Source: Actinomycetota bacterium (GTDB lineage Bacteria > Actinomycetota > UBA4738 > HRBIN12). Taken from it: 64,000 nt of DNA. The notes under the pieces are model-generated. The model worked only from the letters and a program-made list of their open reading frames with translations. It searched no databases and was not told the origin of the DNA. The stretch lies in NCBI GenBank assembly GCA_034667405.1, contig JAXDJX010000012.1, positions 43,766 through 107,765 on the forward strand, read 5' to 3'. The position numbers and the translations under genes were made by a program. Shown one piece after another: positions 48,378-61,046 of the stretch; the stretch's first letter is position 1, and each line of letters opens with the position of its first letter.

Positions 48378-50027
48378 GTGATCGCAGGCAAGCAGAACGT
48401 CGCCCGTCTCATCGTGGAATGCCTGGAGAACGAGGGTGTGACCTTCGTGTTCGGTCTCCCCGGCGAAGAGAACCTGCACATGATCGATGCCCTGGCCGAC
48501 TCGCCGATCCGGTTCATCACCACGCGGGATGAGCGCGGCGCGGCATTCATGGCCGACAGTTACGGTGCGTTGACGGGCAAACCCGGCGTCTGCTTGGCGA
48601 CGCTCGGACCCGGCGCGATCAACCTCATGCTCGGCATCGCGAACGCCCAGCTGGACTCGCACCCATTGGTGGCGATCGCGGCGCAGGCCGGGCTCAACAG
48701 GATCTACAAGGAGTCGCACCAGTTCGTCGATCTGGTCAGCCTCTTCCGGCCGATCACGAAATGGGGAGACATGGTCACCGTCCCCGACGCCGCGCCCGAG
48801 ATGGTTCGCAAGGCCTTCAAACAGGCGCAGACCGAACGCCCCGGTGCGACGTTCATCATCCTTCCCGAAGACGTCGCCGAGCGAGACACGGATGCGGTTC
48901 CGTTGCGGGTGAACGTGCCGCGCGATCCGGCGCCCTCGGATGACCAGGTCCTTCGTGCCGTGCACGTGCTGTCCGCCGCCCAACACCCGGTGGTCCTCGC
49001 CGGTCCCGGTGTCGAGCGTGATGGTGCCGTGCCGGCGCTGATCCGGTTCTCAGAGCGCCTACGGATCCCGGTTGCCACCACCTTCCTGGGCAAAGGCGTC
49101 TTCCCCGACGATCATGAGAACGCACTGGGGACCATCGGTTTCATGGTCAAGGACTACGCGAACTTCGGTTTCGACAAAGCCGACGTCGTGGTGGCGGTCG
49201 GATATGACTTGGTTGAGTATTCGCCGAGCCGCTGGAACCCGTTGGGGGACAAGCAGATCATCCACGTCCACCGGACCGTGGCGGAGGTGGACGCCCACTA
49301 CACCCTCGAGGTCGGCCTGCAGGGGTCGATCGGGGAGACGCTCGACGCCATCGCGTCGGGGAAGGACATCGGCCGGATCCCTCCGTACGAGCCGCCCGTG
49401 AAGGACCTCATGCGTGAGGAGCTCGAACGCGGTGCCGCCGAGGATGCCTTCCCGGTGAAGCCGCAGCGGCTGGTTACCGACATCCGCGCAGCCATGGGCC
49501 GCGAGGACATCGTGCTCTGCGACACCGGCGCGGTGAAGATGTGGATGGCCCGGCTGTATCCCACCTATTCACCCTCGACGTGCCTGGTCTCCAACGGGCT
49601 CGCCACCATGGCCTTCAGCCTTCCGGGGGCCTTCGCCGCCAAGCTGGCGTTCCCCGAGCGCAAGGTGCTTGCCGCCATGGGCGACGGCGCCTTCCTCATG
49701 AGCGTGGCCGAGATCGAGACGGCGGTTCGTGAGGGCGTCCACATCGTGATCTTGGTCTGGGTGGACGGCGGCTACGGCTTGATCCGCTGGAAGGAAGAGA
49801 TCAACCTGGGACGAACGGCGGCGGTGTCGTTCGGGAACCCCGATTTCGTGCAGCTCGCGACGAGCTTCGGGGCCAAGGGATATGAGATCTCCTCCGCCGA
49901 CCAGCTGCTGCCGACGCTGCAGAAGGCGCTGGCCGACCGTACCGTCAGCGTGATCGCGTGTCCCGTCGACTACAGCGAGAACACCCGCCTGGTCGAGCGT
50001 CTGGGTGCCATCGAAGAAGGCATGTAA
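48378..50027 (+). CDS. thiamine-diphosphate enzyme, acetolactate synthase (AlsS/IlvB-like) large subunit
   Basis: N-terminal Pyr domain GVTFVFGLPGEEN and the C-terminal TPP motif AMGDGAFLMS. Confidence 0.85.
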   Translation: MIAGKQNVARLIVECLENEGVTFVFGLPGEENLHMIDALADSPIRFITTRDERGAAFMADSYGALTGKPGVCLATLGPGAINLMLGIANAQLDSHPLVAIAAQAGLNRIYKESHQFVDLVSLFRPITKWGDMVTVPDAAPEMVRKAFKQAQTERPGATFIILPEDVAERDTDAVPLRVNVPRDPAPSDDQVLRAVHVLSAAQHPVVLAGPGVERDGAVPALIRFSERLRIPVATTFLGKGVFPDDHENALGTIGFMVKDYANFGFDKADVVVAVGYDLVEYSPSRWNPLGDKQIIHVHRTVAEVDAHYTLEVGLQGSIGETLDAIASGKDIGRIPPYEPPVKDLMREELERGAAEDAFPVKPQRLVTDIRAAMGREDIVLCDTGAVKMWMARLYPTYSPSTCLVSNGLATMAFSLPGAFAAKLAFPERKVLAAMGDGAFLMSVAEIETAVREGVHIVILVWVDGGYGLIRWKEEINLGRTAAVSFGNPDFVQLATSFGAKGYEISSADQLLPTLQKALADRTVSVIACPVDYSENTRLVERLGAIEEGM

Positions 50028-50093
50028 CCCTGAACCTGACCTGCCGGTAGAATCGAATCCCGTTCGCCGATCCCTGGAAAGGGCCCGTTTACC

Positions 50094-52769
<2,676 letters not shown>

Positions 52770-52775
52770 AGACGT

Positions 52776-53879
52776 ATGAGCGAGTACACGGAACGCTTGC
52801 GGAGCCTGGCCGAACGCGTCCACGCGGCCGAGGGATTCCTGGATATCGAAGGCAAGCGGGCGCAGATCGCCGATCTGGAGGCACAGGCGTCCGACCCAGG
52901 ACTCTGGGAGGACCCCTCCCGCGGTCAGCAGGTCACGTCCAAACTCTCGAGGGTGAAGGCGGACGTGGATCGTCACGACGGACTGCAGCGCAGGGTCGAG
53001 GACGTGATGGCGATCGACGAACTTCTCGAAGATGAGGCCGACCCAGAGCTCGCGAAGGAACTCAAGACGTCGATCGCCTCCCTGGAACGGGACGTGGAGA
53101 AGCTGGAACTCGCGGCGCTCCTATCGGGGCCGCACGACGCCTCCGATGCGATCGCCACGCTGAACGCCGGTGCCGGCGGCACCGAGAGCCAGGATTGGGC
53201 GGAGATGCTCCTGCGGATGTACCTGCGGTGGGCGGAGTTGCAGGGGTTCGATGTCGAGGTGGACGAGATCCACCACGGAGAAGAGGCAGGGATCAAATCG
53301 GCGGTGTTCCAGGTCCACGGCCAGAACGCGTACGGCCTGCTCTCAGCCGAGCGCGGTGTGCACCGGTTGGTGCGGATCAGCCCATTCGATTCGCAGAAGC
53401 GCCGCCATACATCCTTCGCCTCGCTCGATGTGATCCCGATGCTCGAGGAAGCCGACGAGGAAGACATCGAGATCCCACCGGACGAACTCCGCATCGATGT
53501 CTACCGCTCCAGCGGCCCCGGAGGGCAGTCAGTGAATACCACCGACTCCGCGGTTCGGATCACGCACCTGCCCACAGGCCTGGTCGCCGCGTGTCAGAAC
53601 GAACGCAGCCAGCTCCAGAACAAGGCCGTGGCCATGCGGATCCTCAAAGCGCGTCTCGCCGAACGGGAACGCGAGAAGCGGGATGCCGAGATGCAACAGA
53701 TCCGTGGCGAACGCAAGGCGGTGGACTTCGGTTCGCAGATCCGTTCATACGTGTTGGCGCCGTATCAGATGGTGAAGGACCACCGGACCGATCACGAGGT
53801 GGGGGATCCCTCCCGTGTCCTCGACGGCGACCTGGACGGATTCATCGAGGCGGAGCTTCGCCACCGGGCGTCCGCGTAA
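52776..53879 (+). CDS. prfB: peptide chain release factor 2 (no programmed frameshift)
   Basis: SPF motif (RISPFDS) and GGQ (SGPGGQSVN). The ORF is uninterrupted from its ATG. Confidence 0.95.
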   Translation: MSEYTERLRSLAERVHAAEGFLDIEGKRAQIADLEAQASDPGLWEDPSRGQQVTSKLSRVKADVDRHDGLQRRVEDVMAIDELLEDEADPELAKELKTSIASLERDVEKLELAALLSGPHDASDAIATLNAGAGGTESQDWAEMLLRMYLRWAELQGFDVEVDEIHHGEEAGIKSAVFQVHGQNAYGLLSAERGVHRLVRISPFDSQKRRHTSFASLDVIPMLEEADEEDIEIPPDELRIDVYRSSGPGGQSVNTTDSAVRITHLPTGLVAACQNERSQLQNKAVAMRILKARLAEREREKRDAEMQQIRGERKAVDFGSQIRSYVLAPYQMVKDHRTDHEVGDPSRVLDGDLDGFIEAELRHRASA

Positions 53880-56337
53880 CAGCCACCGGGGCTTGTGCGC
53901 GGTTCCTGCGACGGCGTTCCAGGACCAGAGCCGAGACCCAGGCGAACAGCAGTGCTCCCCACGCTCCGGCGCTCGCCTCGAGTCCCGTCACGATCGCGGA
54001 GTCCCGGTAGGTGAGGGTGATGACGTGCTCGCCCGGCTGCACCGGGACGCCTTGCATGAGGTAGTCGGTGGGGATGAGCGGCGCGCCGACGCCGTCCACG
54101 GTGGCCGACCACCCGGGGTCATAGCTGTTGCGGACGACGACGATCGACGCACTCGACGCCGTGACGTTCACGCGGATGTGCTCAGGGTCGATCTCGGTAT
54201 AGGTGGCCGAGGGGAACACGTCCGGAACGCCTTCGGTGGAGGGTGGGCTGGGGCTGATCCCCGGATCGGCCTCGACGACCGCGTTGTCGGCCGGATCAAA
54301 GGCAGGGTTCAACACACCGGCCAGCGCGCGCGTCTCGTCGACGACGGTCCATGAGGGCACGACCGATACGCGTGGCTCCCAGCCGTAGACCTCGACCAGG
54401 TCGTAGCCGTTCGCGTTCATGATCACGCGGCCGGGGGCTGCCGCCGGCTGTTGTCCGTGCAGCGTGATGAGATACCGGACGCCCAACAGGCGAACCAAGG
54501 TGAGCGTCGGGTCGTTCACGATGGAGGCGTTGTAGAACACGCTCAACCGGTTCACCGCCCGGATGAAGTTCCAGTACCGAACGAACTGGACGGGGTTGTA
54601 GCCCAGCACGTCGGGGATACCGAACAATGTTCCCTGTTCCATCGCGAGCGCCGGCCAGTCCCGTTCGTGCTGGGTGAAGAGGTACCCCTTCTCGAACGAA
54701 GCTGCCGGCAGCACCCACGTGAGGTAGCGCTGTTGTTGCGTTCGGATCTGATCCACGAACGGCGTGGGGGTAAGGAATGAGGATTCGAGAACATCGGGCG
54801 GTTGGATCGGTTGGGGCACCAGGTTCGGGTGCGCCCCGCTCTCCAGGCCCATCGAGACGGTCCCTCCCTCCCACAACGACGAGTAGAGCCCGCTCGTCAG
54901 CAGCTCGAGAGCGAGCACGCCCATCACCGCCATCTTGGCCCAGCCGTACCGGCGTGTCGCCAGGAAGAACAGCGCGGGGACACCCGCGGCAAGCGCCACC
55001 GCGAACACCGAGTACCTGACCGGCCGCGCCCCCACGATCAGCGGGAACACCAGGAAGAGACCGACACCGCCGCCCAGCCAACGTAGCGCAGCGCGCCGGG
55101 TCATCGGAGAGTCGAAGAGGCTATGCAGCCCGATGGCCCCCAATACCGGGAGCGCGATCACCGACAGATATCGGAGTCGGCCCACGTTGTGGAGGTACAC
55201 GTCACCGAACGGGATATGGAGCAGCAAGGAACGGAACGCACCGTTGGTCACCACGACGTTGAGCATGAGCACATAGGTGAGGAGCCAGGTGCCACCGAAC
55301 GCCCACACCAACGCCCGGTGCGCACGCGCCCGCCAGGACACCAGCGCACCGAACAGGATCACGGCGCCCGCATAGGCTGTGGGGGTGATCGCGTAGCCGA
55401 GTGGCCACGCTGCCCACACGCCATTCGTCTGAAGGGTGCGATCCAGGATCCCCGAGGTCGCGGTGGCCGAGCCGGCGATGGCTCCGTAACCCGCGTGCAA
55501 TGACGACACGTCGATGAATGCGAGCCGGGGGATGAGGACCGCGAGGCTGCCCAGCGGCAAGAAGGCCAGGAAGACGACGATCTGGGCGGTGGCGGCCCGG
55601 CCGCGGATGCCCCCCTTGCGCACATCCCGGACGGCGAAGGCGATGAGATAGGCGGCGACCATCAGGGATGTCATGACCAGCCCATGACTCATGTGGGCGT
55701 TCGCGACCTGCGACCAAGCGAACCCCGCCAGGGCGAGCCACGGCACGCGGCGCGACCACCTGCCGGCTTGCCGATAGCCGCTGGCGCCCACCAGGACCAG
55801 GGTGGTCCAGGCCAAGAAGCCCGCGAACGGCATCGAGATCGCCAACTCGGAAGAGGACATCAGCATCGCCAGGCACAGACCGCCGGCGGTGGCCGCCGGC
55901 CGGACCAGCGACTCCTTCCGCAGGAAGCAGTACATCCCGAGACCGGCCAGGAGCGGGTTGAAAACGATGAGCGCCCGCATCGCGCGGCCCGGATCGAACC
56001 ACGAGAAGAACGCCATCGCGGGGACGTAGAGCCAGCCGCTCTGTGGATCGGCCGCGAAGCGATAGCCGCCCATCTCGAACGGATTCCACAGCGGGATGTG
56101 CCCGCTCGCGAGCGTCCGCCCAAGGAAGGCGTAGCGCGGCAGCCAGAAGGCCAGGATGTCGGGATGGCGGTTGGTGAGTTCGGGGTAGAAGGCGAATCCA
56201 CGCAGTGTGATCAACACGAACAGAACGATGATCGAGGGCCCGATGACCGCTGCGCCTATCCGACGAAGCAATAGGAAACGCCTGCTGGGTGCGTCAGCGG
56301 GGGACCGGGCATCGACACCCGCGACGACGGTGCTCAT
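53842..56337 (-). CDS. YfhO-like polytopic membrane glycosyltransferase (GT-C type)
   Basis: 831 aa with more than 12 TM segments. HIPLWNPFEMGGYRFAADPQSGWLYVP resembles the YfhO N-terminal signature. It has a large C-terminal extracytoplasmic domain and a final TM. Confidence 0.65.
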   Translation of the reverse strand: MSTVVAGVDARSPADAPSRRFLLLRRIGAAVIGPSIIVLFVLITLRGFAFYPELTNRHPDILAFWLPRYAFLGRTLASGHIPLWNPFEMGGYRFAADPQSGWLYVPAMAFFSWFDPGRAMRALIVFNPLLAGLGMYCFLRKESLVRPAATAGGLCLAMLMSSSELAISMPFAGFLAWTTLVLVGASGYRQAGRWSRRVPWLALAGFAWSQVANAHMSHGLVMTSLMVAAYLIAFAVRDVRKGGIRGRAATAQIVVFLAFLPLGSLAVLIPRLAFIDVSSLHAGYGAIAGSATATSGILDRTLQTNGVWAAWPLGYAITPTAYAGAVILFGALVSWRARAHRALVWAFGGTWLLTYVLMLNVVVTNGAFRSLLLHIPFGDVYLHNVGRLRYLSVIALPVLGAIGLHSLFDSPMTRRAALRWLGGGVGLFLVFPLIVGARPVRYSVFAVALAAGVPALFFLATRRYGWAKMAVMGVLALELLTSGLYSSLWEGGTVSMGLESGAHPNLVPQPIQPPDVLESSFLTPTPFVDQIRTQQQRYLTWVLPAASFEKGYLFTQHERDWPALAMEQGTLFGIPDVLGYNPVQFVRYWNFIRAVNRLSVFYNASIVNDPTLTLVRLLGVRYLITLHGQQPAAAPGRVIMNANGYDLVEVYGWEPRVSVVPSWTVVDETRALAGVLNPAFDPADNAVVEADPGISPSPPSTEGVPDVFPSATYTEIDPEHIRVNVTASSASIVVVRNSYDPGWSATVDGVGAPLIPTDYLMQGVPVQPGEHVITLTYRDSAIVTGLEASAGAWGALLFAWVSALVLERRRRNRAQAPVAVTRTPGGEAPPR

Positions 56338-56427
56338 GGCTGCTCAGCCTACGGGAACCTCCCAAGGTTCGTGGAAGACCTCTGGTAGGGTGAACCGTCC
56401 CCCCACCGAACCACCCCCAATGAGCCC

Positions 56428-57105
56428 ATGATCAGTCTTCAGCACGTCACTAAGACCTATAAGAATGGCGTTACCGCCCTCGAAGACGTCTCGGTCGAGA
56501 TCGAGAAGGGTGAGTTCGTCTTCGTGGTTGGCCAGTCGGGGTCGGGGAAATCGACGCTCATCCGTCTCCTCATGAAAGAGGAGGAGGCGTCGAAGGGTTC
56601 CGTCTACGTTGCCGGCAAGCACCTCGCGAAGATTTCCACCTGGAAGGTTCCCTATCTCCGGCGCAACATCGGGACGGTGTTCCAGGACTACAAGCTGTTG
56701 ACCGACAAGACGGTCTTCGAGAACGTGGCGTTCGCACTGGAAGTGATCGGGAAACCGAAGCATGTGCTGGACCAACGGGTGCCGGAGATCCTCGATTATG
56801 TAGGGCTCGGCGACAAGCTCAACAACTTCCCGGACGAACTCTCGGGCGGAGAACAACAGCGTGTGTCCATCGCCCGCGCCTGTGTGAATCGTCCCCTGGT
56901 TCTCCTGGCCGACGAACCCACCGGCAACCTCGACCCCAACACCAGCGTCGACATCATGCGGTTGCTGGACAAGGTCAACCGGATCGGCACGACGGTGGTC
57001 ATGGCGACGCACGACCAGGCGATCGTGGACGCCATGCGCAAGCGCGTGATCGAACTCGACAAGGGCCACGTCATCCGCGACCAGTCTCGCGGGGTCTACG
57101 CCTGA
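56428..57105 (+). CDS. ftsE: cell-division ABC ATPase FtsE
   Basis: Walker [10 protein letters not shown], signature LSGGEQQR and Walker [12 protein letters not shown]. Confidence 0.92.
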   Translation: MISLQHVTKTYKNGVTALEDVSVEIEKGEFVFVVGQSGSGKSTLIRLLMKEEEASKGSVYVAGKHLAKISTWKVPYLRRNIGTVFQDYKLLTDKTVFENVAFALEVIGKPKHVLDQRVPEILDYVGLGDKLNNFPDELSGGEQQRVSIARACVNRPLVLLADEPTGNLDPNTSVDIMRLLDKVNRIGTTVVMATHDQAIVDAMRKRVIELDKGHVIRDQSRGVYA

Positions 57106-58028
57106 TGCGTCGGATCGACCAATACCTGAAAGAAACCGCGTCCGGGCTCCGCAGGAACGGTGTCGTGGCCTTCGCGGCGATGTCGACCGCATTCATCGCC
57201 CTGTTCCTCTTCGGTTTAGCGCTCATCATCGCCCGGGAGTTCAGCCTGATCATCACCTACACCACCGGAAACGTAGAGGTGCAGGTGTACCTCACGGACA
57301 CGATCAGCCCCTCGGCCACGACGACGTTGCAGCAGAAACTCCAGGACCTGCCCGCCGTGGAGTCGGCGGCGTATGTGAGCAAGGAGGCGGCGTGCGAACA
57401 GGCGCAACGGTTGTTCGCAGATAACCAGGCATTCCTGGACAATCTGAAGAACAACTGCGACATCCTCCCGGCGTCGTTCCGCGTGAAGCTCAAGGATCCT
57501 GCCCTGTTTGAGCAGGTCAAAGCAGCGATGGCGTGCCAGGACCAGCTGCAGGCCGGGGCCACGGTGCAGGTGTGCGCCGAACCGGGCGTCCTTCGGGTGC
57601 AAGACTTCAGCGCCCTTCTGAAACAGCTCAACGCCATCACGCACGTCCTGCAGTTCGGGGTGCTGGCGATCGCGTTCGTGATGCTTGGTGCAGCCGTCGC
57701 CCTCATCGCGAACACGTTGCGGATGGGGATGTTCGCGCGGCGAAAAGAGATCGGGATCATGCGGCTGGTCGGTGCGACCAACTGGCGGATCAGGATCCCG
57801 TTCATGATCGAAGGACTGGTCGAGAGTCTCCTCGGGGCCGGGGCCGCCATCTTGGCCCTGTTCCTGGTGAAGATCCTGGTGATCGACCGGCTGCGTGATC
57901 AGATCCGATTCCTGCCGTGGGTGCGGAACTCCGACGTGCTGTCGATCGCGCCGCTCATCCTCATCGCCGCCACGCTCATCGCCCTCATCGCCGGCAGCAT
58001 CGGTATGCGCCGGTTCCTGGACGTCTGA
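57105..58028 (+). CDS. ftsX: cell-division ABC permease-like FtsX
   Basis: TGATG coupling to ftsE. TM1, a large extracytoplasmic loop, then 3 TMs. Confidence 0.88.
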   Translation: MRRIDQYLKETASGLRRNGVVAFAAMSTAFIALFLFGLALIIAREFSLIITYTTGNVEVQVYLTDTISPSATTTLQQKLQDLPAVESAAYVSKEAACEQAQRLFADNQAFLDNLKNNCDILPASFRVKLKDPALFEQVKAAMACQDQLQAGATVQVCAEPGVLRVQDFSALLKQLNAITHVLQFGVLAIAFVMLGAAVALIANTLRMGMFARRKEIGIMRLVGATNWRIRIPFMIEGLVESLLGAGAAILALFLVKILVIDRLRDQIRFLPWVRNSDVLSIAPLILIAATLIALIAGSIGMRRFLDV

Positions 58029-58036
58029 GGCGCGCC

Positions 58037-58501
58037 ATGCCACGTGAGGAAGGCGAGAAGATCGTCGCGACGAACCGCCGCGCGCGCCACGACTATCAGA
58101 TCGAGGACGTCGTGGAGTGCGGGATCGTCCTCAGCGGGGACGAGGTCAAATCGCTCCGTGAGGGTCGTGCATCGCTCGCCGACTGCTACGGCCGCGTCCG
58201 CGATCACGAGATGTGGCTCGAGGGTCTCCATATCCCACCCTACGAACAAGGGGACAAGCGAACGTTCCAGCCCACGCGGCCGCGGAAGCTGCTGCTCCAC
58301 CGGCGCGAGATCGACAAGCTCGGAGCCGAAACCGCCGAGAAGGGTCTGGCGCTGGTGCCGATGAGGATCTACTTCACCCACGGCATCGCGAAGGTGGAGA
58401 TCGGCGTCGGGAAGGGAAAGCGCCAATTCGAGAAACGTCAGTCGATCGCCAAGCGCGAATCCCAACGCGAGATCGAACAGGCGGCCGGCCGCCGCCGATA
58501 G
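58037..58501 (+). CDS. smpB: SsrA-binding protein SmpB
   Basis: Uses internal ATG 58037 of ORF 57917..58501. It has ATNRRARHDYQIED and KLLLHRREI. Confidence 0.95.
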   Translation: MPREEGEKIVATNRRARHDYQIEDVVECGIVLSGDEVKSLREGRASLADCYGRVRDHEMWLEGLHIPPYEQGDKRTFQPTRPRKLLLHRREIDKLGAETAEKGLALVPMRIYFTHGIAKVEIGVGKGKRQFEKRQSIAKRESQREIEQAAGRRR

Positions 58502-58567
58502 CGCCCGGTCCGGGGTGTTCAAGTCGTGTCAGAGGACCGCCGTATACTCGTTGAGACAACTACATAT

Positions 58568-58917
58568 GGGGGTGTACTGGCTTCGACTCGGACGTTTGCC
58601 GTCTGAGGGAAGCGGGCCGTGATCCCGGATGTCACGTAAAACGCCGGACAAACACAAGCGCCAACGACAATTACGCGCTCGCTGCCTAACTAGTTAGGTA
58701 GCCGTCCTCCTCGGATCGCCTGCGGCCGAGGACAGGGCGTCACTAAGCAGGCTCACCACCGCGGTTCTGCCTGGGGGCCGCGAAGGGACATCGAACCCGG
58801 GCTGGCTGATGGGTCCTCCGCCGGTGGGAGCCCTGAGGCGAGATCTACCCACCGGCTCCGCCCGGAGAAGCCTCAGTCGGTCGCCCGGGGACGCGGGTTC
58901 GAATCCCGCCACCTCCA
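58568..58917 (+). ncRNA. ssrA: tmRNA (SsrA), tag peptide ANDNYALAA
   Basis: 5' GGGGGUG (58568-74) pairs with CACCUCC (58910-16), including a G-U at the third pair. T-arm is GCGGG-UUCGAAU-CCCGC and the discriminator is A58917. The tag ORF is GCC AAC GAC AAT TAC GCG CTC GCT GCC TAA at 58660-58689. CCA is not encoded. Lies directly downstream of smpB. Confidence 0.92.
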
Positions 58918-58944
58918 CGATCTATCTCCGACCGCGGGCCTGGC

Positions 58945-59817
58945 TCAGTGAGCAAGCAGTGGCAGGGCCTCGGCTGCAAGGCGTTCGAGTGCCGGCTCAT
59001 TGGCCGGGTCGCTGGGCCAGTAGATGATGACGTGGCTCATGCCGACACGTTGCAGATCCTCCACCAGGCTCAGGAACTCGGGAACGGTCGGCGTCGCACC
59101 TGAATACGTGCCGGCCACCAGGTAGGAGCGCCGGATGCTCGCCGGGTCCCGTCCTTCTTCTTCCAAGAAGCGGTCGAGCGTGGCCGAGCGTTCACCGGTG
59201 ATAACCATCGCTTCGTCGTGGGGGAGCAATCCCCGGAGATCGCGGCCGCGCGCCATCCCCATGGTGTTCCACGTAGATCCGTACCGGGCCGCGACACGGA
59301 GCGCGCTCTTGCCCAGGGCGGCCACGGTGATCGGCAGAGGTTCCTGGATCGGTGACGGATGGACCTGCGCGTCCTCCACGATGTAGTGGCGGCCGGCAGG
59401 CGAACTCGCCGCGCCCGAGGTAAGGAGTTCCGAGACGATCTGGACGCTCTCACGGAACCGTTCGGCGCGTTCGCCCGGCGTGAACTCGGGCACACCGGTC
59501 ATCGAATGGTCGAGCGGCGCCCCTCCGGCACCCATGCCCAGATCGAATCGGCCGCCGGAGATGTGGTCGAGCGTCACTGCTGCTCGGGCCAGCAACGCCG
59601 GGTTCCGAAGCGTGAGGGAGCTCACCATCGGGCCGAAGCGGATGGTCTGCGTGGCCTCGGCGATGGCCCCCAGGAGCGTCCACGATTCGAACCAATCCTG
59701 GTCGGGGACATACGGGTTCACGAAGTGATCGGCCATCCACAGGCCGCCGAACCCCATCGCCTCTGCGCGCGCGGCGCGCTCACGAAGCACCGGCCAGGGG
59801 CGATTCTGCAGCAGCAT
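58945..59817 (-). CDS. luciferase-like (LLM class) probable F420-dependent oxidoreductase
   Basis: Uses internal ATG 59817 (MLLQNRPWPVLRERAARAEAMGFGGLWMADHF), a TIM-barrel LLM pattern. The longer N-terminal extension in the ORF track is unlikely. Confidence 0.75.
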   Translation of the reverse strand: MLLQNRPWPVLRERAARAEAMGFGGLWMADHFVNPYVPDQDWFESWTLLGAIAEATQTIRFGPMVSSLTLRNPALLARAAVTLDHISGGRFDLGMGAGGAPLDHSMTGVPEFTPGERAERFRESVQIVSELLTSGAASSPAGRHYIVEDAQVHPSPIQEPLPITVAALGKSALRVAARYGSTWNTMGMARGRDLRGLLPHDEAMVITGERSATLDRFLEEEGRDPASIRRSYLVAGTYSGATPTVPEFLSLVEDLQRVGMSHVIIYWPSDPANEPALERLAAEALPLLAH

Positions 59818-59917
59818 CACGTCAACGCGCACGCAGAAAGGATATGGCACGGGCCCACGGCGTTGCTTGCGACGCCTCAAGTAGCATTCCCAACGACGGA
59901 CCAGACTGGAGCCCTCG

Positions 59918-60520
59918 ATGTTCCGCCCCGCACATGCCCGACGCGCAACCATCCTGATGGTGGTGCCGATGCTCTTGGCGTGCACGAAGAGCGTAGGGTC
60001 CACGAGCGCGACGCTCAGCGCGTCGCCGAGCGGGGGAACGAGCGGAAGGGGCGACAGCGCCGCGGTCTACGTTCACGCGTTCTGCATGTCGTTGGATAAC
60101 TGGGTGACGTCGGTCAAGGAGCGTTCGGCGGATATCCGGGCAGATGTCGCGGCCGCAAACACCCTGGTGAAACGGCGAACGCAGGCCGTGAAGTACTTCG
60201 GTGACCTCGCCGGTCTCACCGGTCGCCTGGTGAACCATGTCATCGCCGAGGGCCCGCCGAACGTCGACGGTGGTGAAGCGACCCACGCCGTCCTCGTGAA
60301 CACGTTCCTGGCCGCTCAGCAGATATTCGCCGATGCCCGGACATCGGCGAAGTCGTTCCCGGTGGATAAGGCGAAGGCATTCAAGAAGGCCTTCAACAGC
60401 TCGCTCGACGCGCTGAAGTCGGCGTCGGGCCGGATCGTGGAGGCGCTGAGCAGCTTGAGCGGCGGGTCATTGGACGCGGCGACGGCGGCCGACCCCGTCT
60501 GTCAGACCATCGGGCAGTGA
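59918..60520 (+). CDS. putative lipoprotein, helical, unknown function
   Basis: Signal peptide with lipobox MLLAC. The mature part is Ala-rich and helical with two Cys. Confidence 0.55.
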   Translation: MFRPAHARRATILMVVPMLLACTKSVGSTSATLSASPSGGTSGRGDSAAVYVHAFCMSLDNWVTSVKERSADIRADVAAANTLVKRRTQAVKYFGDLAGLTGRLVNHVIAEGPPNVDGGEATHAVLVNTFLAAQQIFADARTSAKSFPVDKAKAFKKAFNSSLDALKSASGRIVEALSSLSGGSLDAATAADPVCQTIGQ

Positions 60521-60545
60521 GGACGGCGCGCTCCATACTCGCTGT

Positions 60546-61046
60546 ATGACCGCGTGGGCGTTCGAGAACGTGACGAACCCATGGCTCGTTCGGCTCCACG
60601 CGGATGTGTCCCTGACCGACCTAACGATCGTGACGTGCCCGCCCGCCCAGGCGCCGGCGCCACTCGACCGTCTCCTTCAGGTCACCGGCGTGCGCTCCAT
60701 CGACGTGCACCGTTATCGCGTTCGGCTGAATCTCGAGTACGGGATCAGCCGAACCGCCGCAGCACGGACCGGCAGCGCGTTCTTACGGGGGCACTGGGGC
60801 GAGCCGTCCGAGTTGCCCGACCGTGAGCGTCCGCGTGCCTTCCAGGCTGATCGGCACGGTCCCCGACGGGTGGCTGAAAGCCTGACCATGGCCGGAGACG
60901 ACGAGTTGTTGCGGTCGATCTTCTTCGTTGACGGGGTAGAAGAGGTGGTCGCGGCCGATGGCGTGGTCCTGGTGAGGTTGGGACGGTTCTTCCGCTGGCG
61001 CGACCGCGAAGCCGCCGTGAGCGAAGCGATCGCCTCGGTTCGTTAG
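60546..61046 (+). CDS. hypothetical protein, possibly two Nfu_N-like alpha/beta repeats
   Basis: The two halves show a similar pattern (LLQVTGVRSIDVHRYRVRL and LRSIFFVDGVEEVVAADGVVLVRL). The family assignment is tentative. Confidence 0.45.
   Translation: MTAWAFENVTNPWLVRLHADVSLTDLTIVTCPPAQAPAPLDRLLQVTGVRSIDVHRYRVRLNLEYGISRTAAARTGSAFLRGHWGEPSELPDRERPRAFQADRHGPRRVAESLTMAGDDELLRSIFFVDGVEEVVAADGVVLVRLGRFFRWRDREAAVSEAIASVR

Noticed and set aside
52776-52900. Programmed +1 frameshift site in prfB
   Set aside because: The ORF is continuous from the ATG through the SPF and GGQ motifs. There is no in-frame UGA near codon 26, so no frameshift is needed.
58918-61046. Genomic island or prophage integrated at the tmRNA 3' end
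   Set aside because: There is no integrase, no direct repeat of the tmRNA 3' end, and no phage-like genes. The downstream genes are ordinary: an LLM oxidoreductase, a lipoprotein and a hypothetical.
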